From UHGV virus genome UHGV-0248400: a stretch of DNA of 59,635 nucleotides, one strand, 5' to 3'. How positions within the stretch are numbered: the first letter of the stretch is position 1; every line of letters starts with the position of its first letter. A program made the position numbers and the translations under genes. Of this stretch, positions 53,732 to 59,635 are shown piece by piece. The notes beneath the pieces are model-generated. The model did not search any database and was not told the DNA's origin. It saw only the letters and a program-made list of their open reading frames with translations. This DNA comes from a virus.

Positions 53732-55615
53732 TTACCGTAACGGCGCAACCAGCTTTTCAGCCTCTTTGATGTAAAACTCATAGTTCAGCGTTGCCCGGTT
53801 GAAGCGCTGCATGTTGTTACACTCTGTTACTGTCCAGCCTTTGCATACTGCCATACGGCGTTCTGGTGCGTTAGGATCAATCTTCAGTGCTTTAGCCAGT
53901 GGTGGCATGACTTTTATTAACGGTGAACCATCAGTGCTAACATAATAGCGGGTAATATTTTGAACCTGCTGATCGCCACACATGAGTTTGCTGTTACGGG
54001 GAACTTTCGTCACCAGCATGAAATCATGAATATCTTCATGTGATGTTATAAACTTACGAATATCTTTACCGTATACCAACGCGGCTTCAGCAGCTTTTGC
54101 AACAACCTGCATACTGTGGTTCTGATGCCAACCCAGGTCGCCGTTAGGGTTGGCATCAGTCTTAGTAGTGTGACAGTACGCACCTTTACGTTTAACTTTC
54201 TTACCGCCTTCATAAACAGCGATGTAGTTGTTTACATCACGAATAAACATCGCGTCATAAATGGCTTCTTCCAGTTCCAGACGTGTCAGTTTTTCCCACG
54301 CGTGACGAACCTGTTCAACCTGTCCTGTAAACACACGGGGGACGTATACTGTAAGACCATCAGTGTTAGCCTGAATCATAGACAGACCCGGAATTTTCAG
54401 AAGTTCTTCAGCTAACATACACAACAGTAACTGACCGTTGATAGTGATCGACATTGTATACGCCGGGTCATAGAACGGGCTGTATACGTTATTTGAGTCA
54501 CCGTAAACACCGTTAAGTGCCAGTTTTAACATTGCGTTTTCTGGCGTACCTTTCGGGTAACTGGAACGCATGTCATAAACGTTTTTATAAATCACACAGA
54601 ACTGTTTACCCAGATGTGCCGGGAACAGTTCATTACTGATCGCCAGGTTCGGGTAAAAACTGGCAACATCCAGATCGATGATTACATAATTATCAGTTGA
54701 CCGGATTGTTTGAGATTCAATCGATCCGTGGATACCACCTGTACCGAAATCAAAAGCAAAACCATTAATGTTTGCACTCAGATCTGTAAATACACCTTTT
54801 GTTTCAGTGATCACCTGCTGGCGTAACCAGTTCAATACACGGTTAAATTCAGGTTGTTCAAAACGTATATACGGAAAAATGACGTCATTAAGTGCAATTG
54901 AAGGTCGGATTGTTTGCCGTGGTTTTTTACCCGGCCCAGGGTGATAACATTCGATTCCTGATTTTTCCAGTTCCATAATGAAATAATCTTTACCAATTTT
55001 CGTATCATTATGGTTCATAAAATTTCGATTATATTTAGCACTTAGTTCACGCCGGAAATCGATCAGTTTTTTACTGTGACCGTGGAACATTAAGGTTGCT
55101 TTCAAATCGTGGATAAGATAGTGCCGAAGTGTATCAATTTGAGAATCAGTTAAATATATTCCTGGTGTAAAGGGAAGGTCTTCGATATTTTCCATTCTCA
55201 TGTTGAATTCAAGCGTTTTCAGACTGGTTCGTTTCGCCTGATTATCGAAGTGATGAATTTTATATAAATCAATCTGGGATACTATCCAGTCTTTTTCCCA
55301 CACTAAATGTGCAAAACGATTATCATCACCGGCATTAATGATTGAATCACCTTTTTTATAAATATCAGCATTGGTGATATACATTATATTGTTCAGAATC
55401 GAATGCTGAACTGGGTAGTCGTAACCCAGGTTATTATAACCAACTTCTTCACCGTTGTTTTCACGCAGGTATTCAGTAAACATGTAGAAAGCCTGACGAT
55501 CGTCACGACGATGTGAAATTTCAAAAATATAAGGTGTCCCGGTTAGTTCATGAATAGCGCCAAATAACCACACGTTAGGGTAATTTTCAATATCGTAAAT
55601 GTAAGCGTCTGACAT
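53732..55615 (-). CDS. DNA polymerase, family B-like with 3'-5' exonuclease motifs
   Basis: Exo I YDIENYP, Exo II NNLGYDYP, Exo III YLIHD. Pol motif A DLDVASFYPN (DxxSLYPS), motif B KLALNGVYG (Kx3NSxYG), motif C-like ANTDGL. Confidence 0.65.
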   Translation of the reverse strand: MSDAYIYDIENYPNVWLFGAIHELTGTPYIFEISHRRDDRQAFYMFTEYLRENNGEEVGYNNLGYDYPVQHSILNNIMYITNADIYKKGDSIINAGDDNRFAHLVWEKDWIVSQIDLYKIHHFDNQAKRTSLKTLEFNMRMENIEDLPFTPGIYLTDSQIDTLRHYLIHDLKATLMFHGHSKKLIDFRRELSAKYNRNFMNHNDTKIGKDYFIMELEKSGIECYHPGPGKKPRQTIRPSIALNDVIFPYIRFEQPEFNRVLNWLRQQVITETKGVFTDLSANINGFAFDFGTGGIHGSIESQTIRSTDNYVIIDLDVASFYPNLAISNELFPAHLGKQFCVIYKNVYDMRSSYPKGTPENAMLKLALNGVYGDSNNVYSPFYDPAYTMSITINGQLLLCMLAEELLKIPGLSMIQANTDGLTVYVPRVFTGQVEQVRHAWEKLTRLELEEAIYDAMFIRDVNNYIAVYEGGKKVKRKGAYCHTTKTDANPNGDLGWHQNHSMQVVAKAAEAALVYGKDIRKFITSHEDIHDFMLVTKVPRNSKLMCGDQQVQNITRYYVSTDGSPLIKVMPPLAKALKIDPNAPERRMAVCKGWTVTECNNMQRFNRATLNYEFYIKEAEKLVAPLR

Positions 55616-55694
55616 AGTAAATCCTGATAAGTAAATGGGGCGCTATGGCCCCATGTCTGTTTAAAGCGGTATGTCGTCCCAGTTCCAGTAACTA

Positions 55695-56495
55695 TCAGTA
55701 GCCGTTACCTGTGAGAAATCCTGGCGCGGGAGTGGTCATCACCATGTAACCCTGGTCGATCATTGCCTGGTCAGTCCAGCCTTGTGCAACAAACTGTTCG
55801 TAAGTCGCACCAGCGGCTTTTTCAGTCATCACTTTCACAGGAGCGGCTACAGGCGCAGGTGTCGCAACAGGAGCGGCTACAGGCGCAGGTGTCGCGCCGA
55901 TCGCAGTGGCACCTGCGGGCATTGCTGGTACAGCACCAAACACAGACGCAGGAGCCGGGCCAGAAATGATTTCTTCACCTGCGTACAGCAGTTGCGCCAT
56001 TTCCATATTGATGTAAACACCCGCCTGATTACCCGTTGCTTCATTCGCAGACGTCGATCCGCTGATCCGGTAGTAGTAGCCTTTTTTAGCCTGGTTTTTA
56101 TCGATCACAGGCTGGAACTGTGCGTTATACAACGGACAAGCATCGATCGCCACGTTGCGAGAAAAACCGATAATCCAGTGACCGGGATAACCCGTTTTAG
56201 TTGCGTGTTTCGGGTCGTCACCGTTCGTGATTTTCCACGCGAAAGTGGCTTGTTGCGTTTCCCCGGCAACATAGTGCGAACTGGCAGCTTTCAGGATTGC
56301 CTGGAATACTGCGCCCAGTTCACCCTGTTCTTCCCACCAGTTTGCGGCAGTTTTGGGGAATGCCAGACCAACCCACCAGTTGTATTTTTTAGGATCCAGA
56401 TCGCGTCCGTTGTTATCTTTCGTGTTCATATCGAAGAACGAACCACCAACCAGACGACCAACCGGAGTGACGAATTTTTCAACTACTTTAGCCAT
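55695..56495 (-). CDS. phage ssDNA-binding protein (DUF2815-like) with Pro/Ala linker
   Basis: N-terminus MAKVVEKFVTPVGRLVGGSFF. Contains a 27-bp tandem duplication encoding (ATPAPVAAPV)x2 at ~55843-55899. Confidence 0.45.
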   Translation of the reverse strand: MAKVVEKFVTPVGRLVGGSFFDMNTKDNNGRDLDPKKYNWWVGLAFPKTAANWWEEQGELGAVFQAILKAASSHYVAGETQQATFAWKITNGDDPKHATKTGYPGHWIIGFSRNVAIDACPLYNAQFQPVIDKNQAKKGYYYRISGSTSANEATGNQAGVYINMEMAQLLYAGEEIISGPAPASVFGAVPAMPAGATAIGATPAPVAAPVATPAPVAAPVKVMTEKAAGATYEQFVAQGWTDQAMIDQGYMVMTTPAPGFLTGNGY

Positions 56496-56507
56496 GTTAC
56501 TTACCTT

Positions 56508-57653
56508 TTATAATGGACGTGCGCCAGCGGGCATCGTCACGGGAGTATTGAAAACGGATTCAGCCATTGTGCTAAAACCAGTTCGAGCATCGGTATCAGG
56601 TACTAACGTAAACTGACCATCAGGTTTCGTTGTACACATGTCAACCAGCGCTTTCGGTAATGTTTTTTCCAGAGTAGCCAGAGGCTTCAGTTTACGTTCA
56701 TAAAGCGTATCAGGCATAACGCCAAACATAGGCGCGGCACCAATCAGTTTCCCTTCGTCGGTTAACTGACGTCGGGTTTGTTTCGGGGCCAGTTTAAAAC
56801 CGGGTAGCGGCTTACCTTGCCGAACGAAATGCAAACCCTGAATGTGCAACGCTGTTTTAGCATCACTCGCCCGTGAATAAAGTTCTTCCAGCAGCTGTAA
56901 ACGCTGCCCTACCTCTTCAGGTGTCAATGATGGTGGTGCATCAAGAACCGTAGCCAATTCAATGATCCTCTCATAAAGGGCCGGGCATAAACCACGGGCC
57001 GGGCAATAGTGACAATGATCGCCGACAACTAAAGGCGCATCGATCTTGTGAGCATCAGTAAAACCTTTCTTAAAGCGATCTGCCCAGTCCATCAATACGC
57101 CGCGTGAAAATTGCCAACGTCTAATCGTTCCGTTCGGATGCCATGCACGCGGTTGAACGACTGTAAATACCACTTGTTTAACCGAACTGATACAACGTTG
57201 GTCCAGTGCGTAATACACACCCTGTGTATTATCTTCGGCTTCCACTGCCTGATGACCGTACTTGTAATCCCAAACGTAAAGGATATCGGTTAAAAAATCA
57301 TACCAGCGATAATCACAGATGCCGTATTGCCCCGGCAAAAGCCAGTCAATATGAATGCGAACTTCTGAAAACAGCGGATCGATTTTTGCACCAACTGACA
57401 GAACATCAGCAATGAATTCATCAGCATGTTCATGCATGTCATCAGTTACTGTAATACCATTTGGTGCAACACAAGGCATCAACGGTGGTTTACCTTTAAT
57501 TTTTTGCTCAAGCACCCAGTGAGCGGCTTTACCTTCCTGTTTACTCGTGCTTAAAGGTTCATCGAAATCGATCCGCTGTGACAGTTGAACGCTACCCGGA
57601 CAAGATAACCAACGTTTAGAACCACTGGCACTAAAGGTAGCGTTGCGTGTCAT
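56508..57653 (-). CDS. PD-(D/E)XK nuclease with C-terminal 4-Cys cluster (Cas4/RecB-like exonuclease)
   Basis: D...VWDYKYG core (D/ExK) and C...CHYCPARGLC Fe-S cysteines. Confidence 0.6.
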   Translation of the reverse strand: MTRNATFSASGSKRWLSCPGSVQLSQRIDFDEPLSTSKQEGKAAHWVLEQKIKGKPPLMPCVAPNGITVTDDMHEHADEFIADVLSVGAKIDPLFSEVRIHIDWLLPGQYGICDYRWYDFLTDILYVWDYKYGHQAVEAEDNTQGVYYALDQRCISSVKQVVFTVVQPRAWHPNGTIRRWQFSRGVLMDWADRFKKGFTDAHKIDAPLVVGDHCHYCPARGLCPALYERIIELATVLDAPPSLTPEEVGQRLQLLEELYSRASDAKTALHIQGLHFVRQGKPLPGFKLAPKQTRRQLTDEGKLIGAAPMFGVMPDTLYERKLKPLATLEKTLPKALVDMCTTKPDGQFTLVPDTDARTGFSTMAESVFNTPVTMPAGARPL

Positions 57654-58426
57654 CAGAATGTACCACCCATGTTTTTGCTGACTTCAGCCTGACCCAGAAT
57701 GTTTTCAGCCTCTGCTGGCGTCTGGTTGATACGCTCGATCAGGTCGATAGCCGATTTCAGTTGAGCAGGGTCTGACAACGCCATGATGTTCTGCGTGTTG
57801 TACAGCGCCAGAATACGCTGGCTGATCGGCGCGGCACGCTCACCAGTGATTTGACCGAACATCTGCATCAGTGCAGACTGCAATACCTGGCTGTTATAGA
57901 CTTTCGCTGGGTCAGCGGCAGGCGCAACAGGTGCTACCGGGGCAGTCGGGGCGGTGTTCACAGGCGCTGTCGGAACAGTGCTGGCAGGTGCAACGGGTAC
58001 TGCAGGAGTCGGATCGACTGGTGCAACATAGCCCGGCGCAAGTTCAGCAGGTCCGGTATAGCGTCCGGCTGCAGCGGCTTCAGCGATCAGTTCGCGTTTT
58101 ACTTTATCCAGGAAAACTTCATCCAGCTTTTTACGCTGACGCCACAGACCATCGCCTTTATTGATGGATTTGCTGTCAGTGTGGATACGCGGATCGTGGC
58201 GCAGACCCCATGCGTCGAATTCGTTGGTACTGGTTTCGCCGTCATCGTCGTTATCAGATCCGGTAGCTGGTGCAGCAGGAGGAATGTTCGTTTGCAGAGC
58301 CAGAGGCGCAGGTGTCACACCATCAATGAAATGCTCACTGACGCCGTTGCCCGCGATAGCTGATGCCAGATTGTTGATCGCAGTTTCCAGACCCGGAGCG
58401 GTGATAAGCAATTTAACTTCAAACAT
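57653..58426 (-). CDS. hypothetical protein with Pro/Ala/Val-rich linker (~257 aa)
   Basis: ATG 58426 (MFEVKL...) downstream of the promoter TSS. The track ORF from 58495 begins inside the promoter. Confidence 0.4.
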   Translation of the reverse strand: MFEVKLLITAPGLETAINNLASAIAGNGVSEHFIDGVTPAPLALQTNIPPAAPATGSDNDDDGETSTNEFDAWGLRHDPRIHTDSKSINKGDGLWRQRKKLDEVFLDKVKRELIAEAAAAGRYTGPAELAPGYVAPVDPTPAVPVAPASTVPTAPVNTAPTAPVAPVAPAADPAKVYNSQVLQSALMQMFGQITGERAAPISQRILALYNTQNIMALSDPAQLKSAIDLIERINQTPAEAENILGQAEVSKNMGGTF

Positions 58427-58464
58427 AGTTGGTTCCTTGTGTGGGTGATTGGTTGTTACGTGGC

Positions 58465-58508
58465 TAAGGTTACGAGTCAGGTTGCAATGTGTCAAGAATT
58501 ATTTTATG
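58465..58508 (-). promoter_or_regulatory. conserved promoter copy (-35 TTGACA 58490-58495, 17 bp, -10 TAACCT)
   Basis: Reverse complement of TGCAATGTGTCAAGAATTATTTTATG. Heads the minus replication block. Confidence 0.5.
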
Positions 58509-58510
58509 AT
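58482..58510 (+). promoter_or_regulatory. possible divergent + strand promoter (TTGCAA-17-TATGAT) overlapping the minus promoter
   Basis: TTGCAA 58482-58487, spacer TGTGTCAAGAATTATTT, TATGAT 58505-58510. Upstream of the + early genes. Confidence 0.35.
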
Positions 58511-58540
58511 AATTTCACATTCAAAACGGAGATACAGACC

Positions 58541-58684
58541 ATGGGTTTATACAGTTTCATTCGTCACAACGTATTTTTCGACCGTGTAACGGGTAAGTAT
58601 ATTTTCCGGGGTCGTGAGTTTAAACGAAACGGACAGGCACAGAAAGCAGCGCGTGATGCATACGTTAAGGAGAACCGCGCGTGA
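58541..58684 (+). CDS. small basic protein (47 aa)
   Basis: GGAG SD 9 nt upstream of the ATG. GTGA overlap with the helicase start. Confidence 0.4.
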   Translation: MGLYSFIRHNVFFDRVTGKYIFRGREFKRNGQAQKAARDAYVKENRA

Positions 58685-59635
58685 GTCAACAACCTTTACG
58701 TTACTACCAGCAGGACGCCGTTAACGGCGTGAATGCGCAGTGGGACGCTGGTAAGAAAGATGTGATTCTGGTCATGCCCACCGGGAGTGGTAAAACGCGA
58801 ACGATGGCTGAACTGGTGAAAGTTGACGGGATCAAAGTTATCCAGGCGCACCGTAAGGAACTGGTCAGTCAGATAGCGATGGCGATTGCTGCGCAGGGAT
58901 TACCACACCGTTTTATTGCGCAAAAAGACGCTATTAAGTTTGCCACGGGGCAGCAGATGAAAAAGCTGGGTTACAGCACGTATGCACCCGGCGCGGATAT
59001 CGTTATTGCCAGTGCACCCACGCTGCGAACAAAAAAATACGAACGCTGGCACGATAGCGTAACCCGTGTTTTTTGTGATGAAGCCCATCACCTGGTACGC
59101 GGAACCATGTGGGGAACCTGTCGTGAACTTTTCCCAAAATCTTTAGGATTAGGCGTAACTGCATCACCGATCCGTGCAGATGGTAAAGGGCTTGGACGTC
59201 ATGCGTCTGGTTATGCTGATGCGATGGTGATCGGCCCGGCAATGCGCGAACTAATCAACCAGCAGCACCTGGCCGATTATCGCCTGATTATGGCTGAAAC
59301 AGATATTGACCTGACAGCGGATATGATTTCTAGCACTACGGGGGATTACAAGCCATCTGCGTTGAAAAAGGCAATGGAAGATTCAACCATCGTTGGTGAT
59401 ACAGTGAGCACCTGGAAAATGTACGCCGACGGTATGCTGACGGTGGTTTTCACCGTTGATGTTGACGCGGCTATAACATTGGCACAGGAATTCAGGGACG
59501 CGGGTATTCCTGCTGAGGCAATCAGTTCGCGTAATACCGATCAGGAACGCGCCGATATTCTGGACCGTTTCGAAAAACGCAAAACCCTGATCATGTGCAA
59601 CGCGGATCTGTTCGGCGAGGGTTATGACTGTCCGG
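58681..59635 (+). CDS. SF2 helicase, N-terminal part (continues at 1..710)
   Basis: Walker A VMPTGSGKT, DEAH-like FCDEAHH, TASP motif III. No stop before the window end. In frame with 3..710. Confidence 0.75.
   Translation, partial: MSQQPLRYYQQDAVNGVNAQWDAGKKDVILVMPTGSGKTRTMAELVKVDGIKVIQAHRKELVSQIAMAIAAQGLPHRFIAQKDAIKFATGQQMKKLGYSTYAPGADIVIASAPTLRTKKYERWHDSVTRVFCDEAHHLVRGTMWGTCRELFPKSLGLGVTASPIRADGKGLGRHASGYADAMVIGPAMRELINQQHLADYRLIMAETDIDLTADMISSTTGDYKPSALKKAMEDSTIVGDTVSTWKMYADGMLTVVFTVDVDAAITLAQEFRDAGIPAEAISSRNTDQERADILDRFEKRKTLIMCNADLFGEGYDCP

Noticed and set aside
4483-58508. The 11 dispersed 27-bp repeats as a CRISPR array or terminal repeats
   Set aside because: Copies are 2-10 kb apart and not regularly spaced. 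They sit in intergenic regions in the orientation of downstream genes and each has a 17-bp-spaced TAnnnT. Promoters are the simplest reading.
1-59635. Integrase / CI-like repressor / attP (temperate lifestyle)
   Set aside because: No tyrosine or serine recombinase motifs or a long repressor were recognised in any frame. The genome looks virulent, although a remote homolog could be missed by eye.

Overview
The window appears to be a complete, circularly closed genome (about 59.6 kb) of a tailed dsDNA phage, siphovirus-like, with a probable enterobacterial host.

Taxonomy and host:
- Siphovirus-like because it has a tape-measure gene with a G/G-T frameshift chaperone pair and no sheath gene.
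- The host call rests on an RdgC homolog very close to E. coli RdgC, sigma70-type promoters, and SD-led genes.
- A superfamily-2 helicase gene starts at 58681 (GTG) and runs in frame across the window end into 1..710, so the window boundary cuts one gene of a closed or permuted genome.
- No integrase or obvious repressor was seen, so the phage is probably virulent.

Gene layout:
- Plus-strand early/replication block (58.5 kb through the junction to about 11.4 kb): helicase, DnaQ-like exonuclease, VRR-NUC nuclease, primase/SF3-helicase, many small ORFs including Cys-rich ones, a translationally coupled SLOG(DUF2493)-NADAR-HNH operon, a ParB-like nuclease and a MazG-like protein.
- Minus-strand replication block (51.1-58.4 kb): N6/N4 DNA methyltransferase, Rcl-like protein, NinX-like protein, family-B DNA polymerase with exonuclease motifs, DUF2815-like SSB and a Cas4-like Fe-S nuclease.
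- Late genes, in order: terS (12.9 kb); terL (18.6 kb) plus a fibre-motif protein; portal (22.6 kb); Mu-F-like head morphogenesis (27.8 kb); protease, scaffold, decoration and major capsid (30.8-34.4 kb); head-tail joining and major tail (35.4-38.5 kb); G/G-T, tape measure, tip proteins and J-like (39.3-46.9 kb); beta-helix tailspike on the minus strand (46.9-49.4 kb); lysis cassette of endolysin, holin and Rz/Rz1 spanins (49.4-50.9 kb).

Striking non-genic structure:
- Eleven copies (plus one degenerate copy) of an almost identical ~27-bp sigma70-type promoter, GTTTAAAATAATTCTTGACGGATTRCA - 17 bp - TAnnnT. Nine are minus-oriented and head small minus-strand cassettes that interrupt the late module.
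- Two homologous ~300-bp AT-rich regions carrying iterons (ATCTGGTAAGCYGWAAC, GGTAAG half-sites, TAGTATAGA repeats) at 12.5-12.9 kb and 30.5-30.8 kb.
- A ~1-kb non-coding island inside the late operon (34.37-35.43 kb) that holds a type-II tRNA-Ser(GCU), a tRNA-like remnant, an orphan perfect SD and an intrinsic terminator.

Coordinates for motifs I located by hand may be off by 1-2 nt.
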